Below, piece after piece: positions 1-8,949 of a DNA stretch of 61,719 nt (the stretch's first letter is position 1; every line of letters starts with the position of its first letter). A model generated the notes under the pieces. That model saw nothing but the letters and a program-made list of their open reading frames with translations. It was not told where the DNA came from and did no database searches. The stretch is from NCBI GenBank assembly GCA_964347065.1, contig CAYFXN010000005.1:1-61719 (forward strand). The letters are read 5' to 3'. A program made the translations under genes and the position numbers. Source of the stretch: an uncultured bacterium. GTDB taxonomy: Bacteria; Desulfobacterota; Deferrimicrobia; J040.

Positions 1-101
1 AAGGCGACGAAACCACAGAAAAGCTTTTTAAGGATATTCTCCAGGATGAGGAAGACCACCACGATACCTTCGCGGGTCTTCTCGAAGGTGGGGATCTCTG
101 A
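1..101 (+). CDS. 3' end of a ferritin-like (bacterioferritin/Dps-like/rubrerythrin-type) protein, partial
   Basis: Not in the ORF track. Frame starting at base 3 reads GDETTEKLFKDILQDEEDHHDTFAGLLEGGDL* (TGA 99-101), matching the terminal helix with the EExH di-iron ligand motif of ferritin-like proteins. Confidence 0.7.
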   Translation, partial: GDETTEKLFKDILQDEEDHHDTFAGLLEGGDL

Positions 102-129
102 TTCGAAGGACTGTTTTGAAGGACGAAAG

Positions 130-156
130 AAAGGGGCGCATCTCTGTGCCCCTTTT
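130..156 (+). terminator. Intrinsic terminator hairpin after the ferritin-like gene
   Basis: AAAGGGGCGCA-TCTC-TGTGCCCCTTTT: GC-rich stem with one G-U pair, ending in a T run, ~30 nt after the stop. Confidence 0.7.
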
Positions 157-255
157 CCAATTCAAAAAGGATGCAGCACGATACAGGGTTTGTTTTCCGC
201 CGCCGACCCTCTCCCCCGGGTATAATCTTCTTAATAACCCATCCATCTTTTTCAG

Positions 256-1068
256 GTGAGAGCGGGGAGCCTTCTTATGAAAACTTTTTCGCCGGACAGG
301 CAGACCTGTCTGTCAATACCGATCGATGGCCCCGAAGGGTACTATAACGCTCTCGGGGACGGTTTGGAAAGCCTGGGGGTCGAAACAATTCTGGGAGGAT
401 ATTCTAAGATTATCGTCAAGCCTAATATGGTCAATGGAAGCCCCCCTCCGGTCACAACCGATGTTGCGTGTGTGCGGGCGCTCGTGGCGCTGCTCAAGGA
501 GTACTTCACCGTACCCGTAATCATCGCTGACGGCTCGGGCGAAGGGGATACGATCAAGAACATGAAAAAGAACGGGTACGGAAATATAGGAGTATCTCTC
601 CTTGATCTCGATTCCTGTCAATGCATTGTATACAGGAATGATCGGGCGTCCCACTTGAAGGAGGTTTATCTGCCAGATCAACTTGAGGGGGCAGCAATCA
701 TCTCGGTCCCTTCCGCCAAAGATCACACCATGACGGGTGTTACCCTCGGTTTAAAAAATATGATCGGATGCCTTCCCGCCCGTCATTACGGCGGGTACTG
801 GAGCTATAAAAAGTCAAAGCTCCACCAGATCGGTATTGACGAGGCAACTGCGGATTTGATTCTCTATCTCGAACCTCACCTGACGGTTATCGATGCCAGG
901 CTCGGACTCAAAGGGGGACATCTCTGGGGGACCGTACCCGAGCCTTCTCTTGGAAAAGTTTTTATCGGGAAAGATGTGCTGGAGGTGGACAGGGAAGGAG
1001 CGCGACTCCTCGGCCACGACCCTGATCGCATAAAACACCTTGTCCTTGCTGAAAGATTACGGGAATGA
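256..1068 (+). CDS. DUF362 domain-containing protein
   Basis: KIIVKPNMV...PVTTD, IIADGSG, KDHTMTGVTLGLKNMIG are typical DUF362 blocks. The start could be the ATG at 277. Confidence 0.8.
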   Translation: MRAGSLLMKTFSPDRQTCLSIPIDGPEGYYNALGDGLESLGVETILGGYSKIIVKPNMVNGSPPPVTTDVACVRALVALLKEYFTVPVIIADGSGEGDTIKNMKKNGYGNIGVSLLDLDSCQCIVYRNDRASHLKEVYLPDQLEGAAIISVPSAKDHTMTGVTLGLKNMIGCLPARHYGGYWSYKKSKLHQIGIDEATADLILYLEPHLTVIDARLGLKGGHLWGTVPEPSLGKVFIGKDVLEVDREGARLLGHDPDRIKHLVLAERLRE

Positions 1069-1070
1069 TC

Positions 1071-2183
1071 TCATTCAGAGATGGCTAAATGGACCATCCT
1101 CGCGAAATTGAAGACGAGAACGCCATTGAATTCCCTCCCTGAATTCTCCATCATCAGAGCGATAATATCTTTGATTTCCCAATCTTTTTTGTACGGCCTC
1201 TTGCTCCTCAGAGCATCGAAAAAATCGGCAATCTGGACGACCTGACTCACGAGATGCTGCTTTTTTCTTTTATTGTTAAGCTTGGGATATCCTGTGCCGT
1301 CGTATCTCATGTGATGTTCGAAGGCAACGATCGGAGCGAGTTGTGTTAAGCCTTTCATACCAACCAGATAATTTGCTCCAGTAATCGTGTGGCGGGTTAC
1401 TTCCTGAAATTCCTCATCGGTGAGCTTGCCTTTTTTATTGAGGATATCTCTGGATAGGAACAGTTTTCCAACATCGTGAAGCAGGGCCGCAATGCCAATT
1501 TCGTGAAGCATTTCGTCGTTTATCCCGAGGGCCTCTGCCTGAAACATGGAAAGAACAGCCACGTTCGCTGCGTGAGTGTACGTATACTCGCTGTGCGATT
1601 TCACCGGGCTGATGAGCTTGAGAAAATGTGCTTCCCGCTTGAAGGTTATGAAAAAGTTGACCACGATCTCTTCGAGGCCGGCCACGTTTAACTTCTTGAA
1701 GGGAGATATGGAATTGAATATTTCCTTTGCCATCTCCAGCTGGGCTGCCGTTGCATTGCCCAATCCATCCGCTTCGGCTTCAGCGAGGGGCTGCAATTCG
1801 CCGGCCCGTAGTTCGACAACGCCCGTTTTTATGTGGGGATATGATCGAAACGGCTTGTTTTTATCGGTAAAATCCTCAATAAAACCGGCAAATTCCGGGG
1901 CCGTCAATCCTTTTAAAAAATCTATTCGCGATACTCCTTTTCTCTTCATCCGCTTTTTCAGGTTGTTTACGAGGCTTCCTTCATCGCGGGTGGGGCTTTT
2001 ATTGACGATAAGGTCATCTTCGACCATCATTATTTCAAAACTTTCGTTTTCCGCGAAGAATTCTGTGATGGTGGACAGGGATTTACCGATGAGGGCTTCT
2101 ACCGATGGATGCTCGGGCGAATAGAGAGAGCAGGTTGAGACGGCAGCCATGAACGTGGAGAGAAAGTTCTTATGGGGTTCCAT
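1071..2183 (-). CDS. HD-GYP phosphodiesterase with N-terminal YxxxHP domain (pair 1)
   Basis: YTYTHAANVA, LLHDVGK, EHHMRYDGTGYP, ADFFDALRSKRPYK. Start reassigned to ATG at 2183 (MEPHKNF) with a GGGGG RBS upstream. Confidence 0.88.
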   Translation of the reverse strand: MEPHKNFLSTFMAAVSTCSLYSPEHPSVEALIGKSLSTITEFFAENESFEIMMVEDDLIVNKSPTRDEGSLVNNLKKRMKRKGVSRIDFLKGLTAPEFAGFIEDFTDKNKPFRSYPHIKTGVVELRAGELQPLAEAEADGLGNATAAQLEMAKEIFNSISPFKKLNVAGLEEIVVNFFITFKREAHFLKLISPVKSHSEYTYTHAANVAVLSMFQAEALGINDEMLHEIGIAALLHDVGKLFLSRDILNKKGKLTDEEFQEVTRHTITGANYLVGMKGLTQLAPIVAFEHHMRYDGTGYPKLNNKRKKQHLVSQVVQIADFFDALRSKRPYKKDWEIKDIIALMMENSGREFNGVLVFNFARMVHLAISE

Positions 2184-4356
2184 GGTAGTTCCCCCGTGAG
2201 GTGGATTCAATTTTTTCACCACTTTTTAACAGTTTCAACGACTCCCCTCTTATAACATCGTTTTTTGATTTTGCCCCGGCTTCTGCGAGGCCCCGCACGT
2301 CATTTAAGGGGTAATGTTTCAATGTTTTGAAAACCTCTTCCCTGAGCCTCTCTATTGCACTTTTAAATAGAATGCTCTTTGAAAACATGAGATTTTTTAA
2401 AGCCCCAATTGCAGAGGGATCTCCGATCTTTCCCAGGACAGCAACCAGCGGGATCTTATCGAGATAATCTGCTCCGGTGACACCCTTTTTCTCCACCATC
2501 CTGAGTAGTTCGGGAACTGCTTCTTTGATCTTGAATGTTCCCGATAGGGTTATCGCCTGATTTACGAGTTTTTTTGAATTTGATCTGATATTTTTCATCA
2601 CCATATCTATGCCGTCCCTCTCACCTTTTTGAAGGAGGCATTTAATCGCTTCGGTACTTACTTGGATGTTTTCATTCTGACAGTAGGGTTTAACGTGAGG
2701 AATGACTTCCTTATCACCGCACTCTGTCAGGATAAATATCATGTTTCTTTTCACGAACCACCTATCATCGTCGAGTCGTTTTATCGCTTCTGAAACTGAT
2801 CTTTTACCGAAACCGGTGATCAACGTAATGATGAATCTCCTCGTTGCTTTGGACTCCTCATCGAATAAGACATCGAAGAGGTACGGCAGTATTCTCTCAC
2901 CGTAATAATTGCAGAGAACAGTGGTTTCATCGCGATTTAGTCTCCCCATGATCCTTAAAGATTCAACGAATCTAACAATGAATTCCTCTGAGTGAAATTG
3001 TTCGATAATGGTGGCAAAGAGATCCGGAAAAATTTTCTTTGCCTCGCTCTTTTCTATCCCTTTTATTATATTGAGGGCTTCGAAGTACTGACCAGTTTCG
3101 ACGTAATGTTGACACTGTTCGAGCAAAATTGGGATCTGTTTCTCCATGTCTTCATGAGAGACCATATTTGTACTTATAAGTTCGAGAAGAAATCGGTAGA
3201 AGGCCTTTTCGAGAGCCTCATATTCACATGCTTCTTTCAATTCTTTCATTTCTTCCTGGGCCAACTTTCCCGGTTCAAATTCAAGGATTTTCTGGATCTC
3301 ACGGTTATATTTCTCTGTAACGAATGCCTTGAAGTCACCCTTGCTGAGAAGGTTGATGATATCGGGTGACAGTAATATGTCATCGAGAATCGGTGAATCT
3401 TCGATAAACAAGTTTAACGGGTCATCTCTGCCATCAATTTTCGAGAACTTATCTATAAGGTTTTTAAGGGCTTCGGGTACCATGATCTTGTGTTCATTGA
3501 CGACGCTTAAAAGTTCTATAACTCTGTCGACAGATACTTCTCCGAGAGCTTTTTCAATCGGGACCATATCGGTTGAGATATTTTTCATAGTGGAAGAGAG
3601 AAACTGTTGTTTGAGTTCCGGACGGAGAGAATGTATGAAATCGAGCAATTTTTTCAGCTCAGTATCAGAAAAAAAACGTTCTGAGGAACTTCGTATGTAT
3701 GTGGTTATTACCCTGTCGTATGATTCCTCTTTTAAGTAACTGACCCCTTTCTCATTCAGCAGGGATGCGAGCATTTCCGGTGGGATTTTCCGTATTATCT
3801 CCGATCCTTCATTTTTCTGAAGGGTGCCTTCGAGGAGGCCGAAGAGGTAAAGTTCCCACAATTTTTTTTTCTCCTCGCCAGCCTCGGTCTTTCCCTCCTC
3901 GAAGATAAATGAGTCGTAATCTACGAAATCCAGGGTAATATTTTTAAGATTGAAACTTTTGCGGGATTCTTTTATCTCCTCGATAGATGTTTCGGAGGAC
4001 GTTTCAGAGAGGAACCGGTGAAATGCGTAAATATCATCTCTTGATAGGTTACGCGGGAAGGTAACGGAAGCGATACCGAGGCCGCTCAGGTACGTGGCGA
4101 AGTCCCGGTAAACGGGGTTTTTTTTGTCCAGGTAATGATTGTCAATCACCAGAGTGTCTTTCGCGATACCGAGGGTTATCTTCGGGCGTATATCGAAGAG
4201 CTTTTGCAACAGATCGTATGCCCGGTCAAGGGACCGTTGCACGGAGGGATGGTCTTCCGGATATATCGCGACATTTCTCCTCGAGATGTTGAGTTCGATT
4301 ATCGAATCGCTGAGCAACCGTGCATCGAGGGGTAATTTTTCCCTGCTATCCGCCAT
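2170..4356 (-). CDS. HEAT/ARM-repeat protein with N-terminal YPxxHP domain (pair 1)
   Basis: C-terminal half has PBS-lyase-type HEAT repeats (LDDDRWFVKRNMIFIL, STEAIKCL, LGKIGDPSAIGAL). N-terminus AIYPEDHPSV. ATG at 4356. Stop overlaps the HD-GYP start by 14 nt. Confidence 0.85.
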   Translation of the reverse strand: MADSREKLPLDARLLSDSIIELNISRRNVAIYPEDHPSVQRSLDRAYDLLQKLFDIRPKITLGIAKDTLVIDNHYLDKKNPVYRDFATYLSGLGIASVTFPRNLSRDDIYAFHRFLSETSSETSIEEIKESRKSFNLKNITLDFVDYDSFIFEEGKTEAGEEKKKLWELYLFGLLEGTLQKNEGSEIIRKIPPEMLASLLNEKGVSYLKEESYDRVITTYIRSSSERFFSDTELKKLLDFIHSLRPELKQQFLSSTMKNISTDMVPIEKALGEVSVDRVIELLSVVNEHKIMVPEALKNLIDKFSKIDGRDDPLNLFIEDSPILDDILLSPDIINLLSKGDFKAFVTEKYNREIQKILEFEPGKLAQEEMKELKEACEYEALEKAFYRFLLELISTNMVSHEDMEKQIPILLEQCQHYVETGQYFEALNIIKGIEKSEAKKIFPDLFATIIEQFHSEEFIVRFVESLRIMGRLNRDETTVLCNYYGERILPYLFDVLFDEESKATRRFIITLITGFGKRSVSEAIKRLDDDRWFVKRNMIFILTECGDKEVIPHVKPYCQNENIQVSTEAIKCLLQKGERDGIDMVMKNIRSNSKKLVNQAITLSGTFKIKEAVPELLRMVEKKGVTGADYLDKIPLVAVLGKIGDPSAIGALKNLMFSKSILFKSAIERLREEVFKTLKHYPLNDVRGLAEAGAKSKNDVIRGESLKLLKSGEKIESTSRGNYHGTP

Positions 4357-4712
4357 AAGCAATTAAAGGCAACCGATAATTTTCGTTCAATGCATCCTTT
4401 CATTCGCTCGACTAAGGTGAGCTCACGGCATCTCCTTTCAAGAGAGCCCGGCCATGATGAGCGTTCCTCTTTCCTTTCTTTATCGGATTCGGGGGATGAT
4501 TGTTGAGCCCCTCGGCACCAGGGAGCGCAACGGGGTATAGCCGGAGGACCACCTCCAGGATACCGCTCTGTTTTTTCCAGCGATTCTGACAAAGTGGAAG
4601 GGGAACTTTCGAGAGGACAAACCGTGTCAGACATCGGTTTTGTTATGGTATTATATGAAGAAATTCCGTGCATATGATCGGAAGAGAAGAACGTTGGGTT
4701 CGGAGCTATCCG

Positions 4713-6188
4713 GTGAAGGTTCTTTTGGTATATCCTGAGTACCCGGAAACATTCTGGAGTTTCAGATACGCCCTGAAATTCGTGAAAAAGATGGCTGCCT
4801 ACCCCCCCCTCGGGCTTCTCACCATCGCTTCCATTCTCCCTGAAGACTGGGAAAAAAGAGTTTTGGACCTGAACGTGGACACCCTCACTGATGCTGATTT
4901 GCGGTGGGCCGACATGGTTTTCGTAAGCGCCATGGACATTCAGAGAGAGTCAGCCAACAAGATCATCAGCCGTTCCAGAGAGCTGGGAGTCGCGACGGTT
5001 GCCGGGGGACCTCTTTTCACATCATGCCATGAAGATTTCGGCGAGGTTGATCATTTCGTCCTCGGCGAAGCGGAAGAGACCCTCCCGGAATTTGTCGATG
5101 ACGTTAACCGGGGCCAACCGAAAAAAATTTACCGGCAGCGATTTTGGGCCGACCTCCAAAAGAGCCCACCTCCAACCATGGATCTGGTCGACATCCAGAA
5201 ATATCAATGCATGAGCATCCAGTATTCCCGGGGGTGCCCCTATCATTGCGAGTTTTGCGATGTAACCTACCTTTTCGGAAAATCGGTGAGAACCAAGAGC
5301 GGAGCACAGGTGATCGGTGAGCTGGAGCAGCTCTACGCCATGGGGTGGAGGGGCTGTGTCTTTTTCGTGGACGACAATTTCATCGGAAACAAGAGAAAGC
5401 TGAAAGAGGAAATACTCCCGGCGATAATTTCTTGGATGAGGGAGAAGGACTATCCTTTCGAATTTATAACGCAGGCATCGATAGACATAGCCGATGACGA
5501 TTCACTGATCCAGATGATGGTGGAAGCAGGGTTTGACGAGGTTTTCATAGGTATCGAGACGCTGGACCATGAAAGCTTGAAAGAGGCGGGGAAATCGATC
5601 AATCGTAACAGAGACGTTATCGGGAGTGTCAAGAAACTTCACCGGCACGGCATGCAGGTCAAGGCAGGGTTTATCGTCGGTTTTGACAGCGATAAGACCA
5701 CAGTTTTTGACCGGATGATCAAGTTCATTCATGATTCAGCCATCACGACCGCGATGGTGGGTCTCCTCAACGCTCCCCGGGGAACGGGGCTGTACAAGCG
5801 CTTAGAGCGGGAAGGAAGACTCATATTTGATACCACGGGAAACAACACGGATTTTACCATTAACTTCATCCCGAAGATGAACGGAGAAGTTCTTATGAAA
5901 GGTTACCGGAGGATCGTGGAGGTTATATACTCTCCTCCCAATTTCACCAGGAGGCTGAAAAAATTTCTGAGCGAATACAGGCCATTGAAGACAAAAGGGA
6001 CAATTATGAAAAAAGGGTATCTCGGGGCGTTCATTAAATCTATCTTTTTCCTCGGCATCTTGGAAAAGGGGCGGCTCGATTTCTGGAAGATTGTTTTTTG
6101 GTCGGCATTCAGACGACCTTCACTTTTTCCCCTCGCCGTTAAGCTGTATATTTGCGGTTACCATTTTAGAAAGATATTTCAGGTGTAA
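4713..6188 (+). CDS. B12-binding class B radical SAM protein with DUF4070 C-terminus (HpnP-like family)
   Basis: YPPLGLLT and VAGGP (B12 domain), RGCPYHCEFC (CxxxCxxC), FFVDDNFIG. GTG start at 4713 with GGAG 7 nt upstream. Confidence 0.85.
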   Translation: MKVLLVYPEYPETFWSFRYALKFVKKMAAYPPLGLLTIASILPEDWEKRVLDLNVDTLTDADLRWADMVFVSAMDIQRESANKIISRSRELGVATVAGGPLFTSCHEDFGEVDHFVLGEAEETLPEFVDDVNRGQPKKIYRQRFWADLQKSPPPTMDLVDIQKYQCMSIQYSRGCPYHCEFCDVTYLFGKSVRTKSGAQVIGELEQLYAMGWRGCVFFVDDNFIGNKRKLKEEILPAIISWMREKDYPFEFITQASIDIADDDSLIQMMVEAGFDEVFIGIETLDHESLKEAGKSINRNRDVIGSVKKLHRHGMQVKAGFIVGFDSDKTTVFDRMIKFIHDSAITTAMVGLLNAPRGTGLYKRLEREGRLIFDTTGNNTDFTINFIPKMNGEVLMKGYRRIVEVIYSPPNFTRRLKKFLSEYRPLKTKGTIMKKGYLGAFIKSIFFLGILEKGRLDFWKIVFWSAFRRPSLFPLAVKLYICGYHFRKIFQV

Positions 6189-6203
6189 ACAAACCGTTAT
6201 ATT

Positions 6204-6257
6204 TCATAAAAGTGATTGATTTTTATGAGTAATGATGTTTTATTGGAAGTGATTGAT
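6204..6257. promoter_or_regulatory. Inverted plus direct repeats upstream of the HAMP-HD-GYP gene (candidate operator)
   Basis: TCATAAAA-N9-TTTTATGA (6204-6228), and AAGTGATTGAT twice (6210-6220, 6247-6257). Confidence 0.4.
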
Positions 6258-6279
6258 AAGGTAATTTTCTGGGGAGGAA

Positions 6280-7638
6280 ATGAAGGTATTCACCGGAATA
6301 AGATTTAAACTTTCGCTCGTCACGCTCGTGCTCATTTTGTTTGTCACCGGAGCATCTTCTTTTATTGTCACCAATATAATGGATAGTTTCCTACTCAAAG
6401 AGCTCGTCAGGAGGGGTTTTTCCATCACCGGGAGCGCCTCCACAGCGGCAGGGTACAGCATCCTTTCGAACGACAGGCTTGCGCTGGATAATCTTGCTTC
6501 GAAGATTAGGCAGTATCAGAAAGACATCGTGTATGTGGCGATGGTTGATGACGAGGGCGTCATCAAGGCGCACAGTGATCTGGAAAAAATGGGAGAGCTT
6601 TTTATAGAGAGGGAAAGCGAGGTCATACGCAGAGAAGAAGACGGGTCGACGGTGAAAAAGGTCTTGAGAATGGGTACCATGTGCTTCGAATTCCGAACGC
6701 CCATCATTTTTGCAGATAAAGACCTGGGAGCGATCTATCTCGGAATAGCAGAACAGACTCTCATTGCATCTCAGGAGGAAGCAAGAAAAAAGATCATTCT
6801 CGTATCGGGAATAATTCTCACACTCGGAGTGGCCGGGGTATTTTTCCTTTCCGGTTTCATAACTACCCCGGTAAAGCGCCTTATGGAAGGCGTGTTGAAA
6901 ATGAAATTGTGGGAGTACAGGAGTGAAATCAAAGTGGTTTCCCGGGATGAGCTTGGAGAGCTGACGCGTAATTTCAACGAGATGGCGAACACGATAATGA
7001 ACCAGAAAGAAAAGCTCGAGCTCTCCGCCAGGGAACTGGAGGATGCGTATGTTGCAACAGTGAGGATTCTCGCAGCGGCGATTGATGCGAGGGATGAGTA
7101 TACCTTTGGTCATTCCGAAAGAGTTGCGAAGATATCTGTTCTCATCGGCAGTAAGAGCGGCCTCTCCAATGCCGAAGTGCGGGATCTTGAGATGGTATGC
7201 CTCTTTCACGATGTGGGAAAGATAAAAACCCCTGACAAGATTCTCCATAAGATGGCGCCCTTAAATGATGAAGAGTACAGATTGATGATGAAACATCCCG
7301 AGGACGGGGCAGACATCCTCCGGCTGGCAAATTCGCTGCAGAAACACGTCAAAGCTGTCCTCCACCATCATGAATGGCATAACGGGAAGGGATACCCTCA
7401 CGGGTTGAAAGACGGGCAGATTCCCTATTTTTCTTCTATTATTGCCATCGCAGACGCCTACGATGCCATGACATCATCGCGACCATACCGGAAAGGGATG
7501 TCAAGGCAGGAGGCGATGCAGGAGATTGTCAAGTATAAAGGCGTCCAATTCAATCCGGAAATAACAGACGTGTTCGTCGAAATACTGAAAGATCCGAAAT
7601 ACGCCAAAAAACTGGAAAGAAAAGGGGTCTATGGATGA
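6280..7638 (+). CDS. Membrane-bound periplasmic-sensor / HAMP / HD-GYP c-di-GMP phosphodiesterase
   Basis: Two TM segments, HAMP (SRDELGELTRNFNEM), AAIDARDEYTFGHSERVA, LFHDVGK, HHEWHNGKGYP, DAMTSSRPYR. GGGGAGG RBS. Confidence 0.9.
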   Translation: MKVFTGIRFKLSLVTLVLILFVTGASSFIVTNIMDSFLLKELVRRGFSITGSASTAAGYSILSNDRLALDNLASKIRQYQKDIVYVAMVDDEGVIKAHSDLEKMGELFIERESEVIRREEDGSTVKKVLRMGTMCFEFRTPIIFADKDLGAIYLGIAEQTLIASQEEARKKIILVSGIILTLGVAGVFFLSGFITTPVKRLMEGVLKMKLWEYRSEIKVVSRDELGELTRNFNEMANTIMNQKEKLELSARELEDAYVATVRILAAAIDARDEYTFGHSERVAKISVLIGSKSGLSNAEVRDLEMVCLFHDVGKIKTPDKILHKMAPLNDEEYRLMMKHPEDGADILRLANSLQKHVKAVLHHHEWHNGKGYPHGLKDGQIPYFSSIIAIADAYDAMTSSRPYRKGMSRQEAMQEIVKYKGVQFNPEITDVFVEILKDPKYAKKLERKGVYG

Positions 7639-8264
7639 ACGGGGCTATTACCTCCCTGGTCGTTTTCTTGTTCGCTGCCGTTACCGTTTTCTCATGCACC
7701 CACGCGGAACGAAGGATTGCCCGAACCGCTCCTTTTGATAAAAGCGGGGGGAAACAGGTTTACTCCGACCGGTCGAGCAAGAAGGTAGAGTTGGAAAGCA
7801 CCGAGAAATTGGCCTATCTCATTCGGAAGAAGAACTATTCCAGGGCTCTGAATCTGGTGAAAGACGAAATTGACGGGGGTATGAAAGAGGTATCCTATGA
7901 AGACGAATACGTTGCCGCGATAAACAGGATGATAGATCAGGGCGCGCAGAGGCAAAGAAGCGGTGATTATGAAAATTCGGGGCTTATCTTCAGTTCCGTC
8001 ATCGATATGTACCCGAACGGGAAGTCGCTGAGATCCAGGGTAAAAGAAAAACCGGAAAAACTCAAAGAGCATATACAGCTGAGTTCAGATAAGCTTATGG
8101 AGGAAGGCCTGTCCGAATACAGGGAAGGAAATCTCGGAAACGCGATAAAGGTCTGGCGGAAAATACTGAGGTTCAACGCCGAATACGCGGAGGCGAAAAA
8201 AGCGATAGAGACGGCGACAGTGCAATTGAATAATCTCAAGTCCCTGCAGGAAAAGACCGAATAG
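7635..8264 (+). CDS. TPR-repeat lipoprotein
   Basis: Hydrophobic N-terminus ending VFSC (lipobox-like). Helical TPR-like repeats (GLSEYREGNLGNAIKVWRKILRFNAEYAEA). ATGA overlap with the upstream gene. Confidence 0.7.
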   Translation: MNGAITSLVVFLFAAVTVFSCTHAERRIARTAPFDKSGGKQVYSDRSSKKVELESTEKLAYLIRKKNYSRALNLVKDEIDGGMKEVSYEDEYVAAINRMIDQGAQRQRSGDYENSGLIFSSVIDMYPNGKSLRSRVKEKPEKLKEHIQLSSDKLMEEGLSEYREGNLGNAIKVWRKILRFNAEYAEAKKAIETATVQLNNLKSLQEKTE

Positions 8265-8281
8265 AAGGGACCTGAATTACG

Positions 8282-8545
8282 TTACTCCTCTTCGGTGAGG
8301 AGATATACCGTGTCGTTGCCACGGACCTTATCGATAACCTTGATACCAACGAGGTCGCCGGCTTCGGCTGTTTCCACGTCTATGTGGTCCACCTGCATCG
8401 ACTCTACCACCTGGGTGAAGTCGCTCGTTGCTCCTTTCACCATAATCCTGTCTCCCAGGCTCAACGATCCCTCGGTGATCTTTATGGCAGCGACGCCGAT
8501 CTTGGCAAAATAGTTATCCACCACGCCTATCTGTTTTTCAGCCAT
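8282..8545 (-). CDS. Stand-alone EF-Tu domain II-like / U32-peptidase C-terminal-like beta-barrel protein
   Basis: IGVVDNYFAKIGVAAIKITEGSLSLGDRI...VESMQVDH..VETAEAGDLVGIKV...VRGNDTVY. Strong AAGGAGG RBS. Confidence 0.8.
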   Translation of the reverse strand: MAEKQIGVVDNYFAKIGVAAIKITEGSLSLGDRIMVKGATSDFTQVVESMQVDHIDVETAEAGDLVGIKVIDKVRGNDTVYLLTEEE

Positions 8546-8949
8546 TTTCCCCTCCTTAATCTCTCATTTTCTGTATTTCAACTGGATTTCCCGTTATGTG
8601 GGCGAAAAGCCGGTATCCTCTTTCCCGCTTGAGCGCCCTGGCAACTGATCTCCCTGCATCACGGGGAAAAACGCTGTGCACGGGGTTCTATTTTTCCGTT
8701 GCTGGAACTCCATCACAATCGTGACGACTTTTCATTTCCGTAAATTTTCTCACTTTTTCTTGTGTCTTACAACGTGAGACTGACCCCGTCTCCCCGCACA
8801 AAATATTTGTACCAGTTTTGAAAAGAGAAATCCAGCCTGAACGCATTTCCGGAGCCGCCGCCGAACCCCTTCTGGCTGGCGTTATCGGGAGAGAGGCTGT
8901 GCGGCTATTCTGGCAGCGGCACAGAGGCAATAAATGAGGAGGTAAAATA

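Noticed and set aside
4299-4673. 124-aa minus-strand ORF in the divergent spacer
   Set aside because: No recognisable motif, composition unlike the real genes, and it overlaps both neighbouring starts out of frame.
8688-8930. 80-aa minus-strand ORF in the 630-nt intergenic region
   Set aside because: No RBS or recognisable domain; it looks like a chance open frame.
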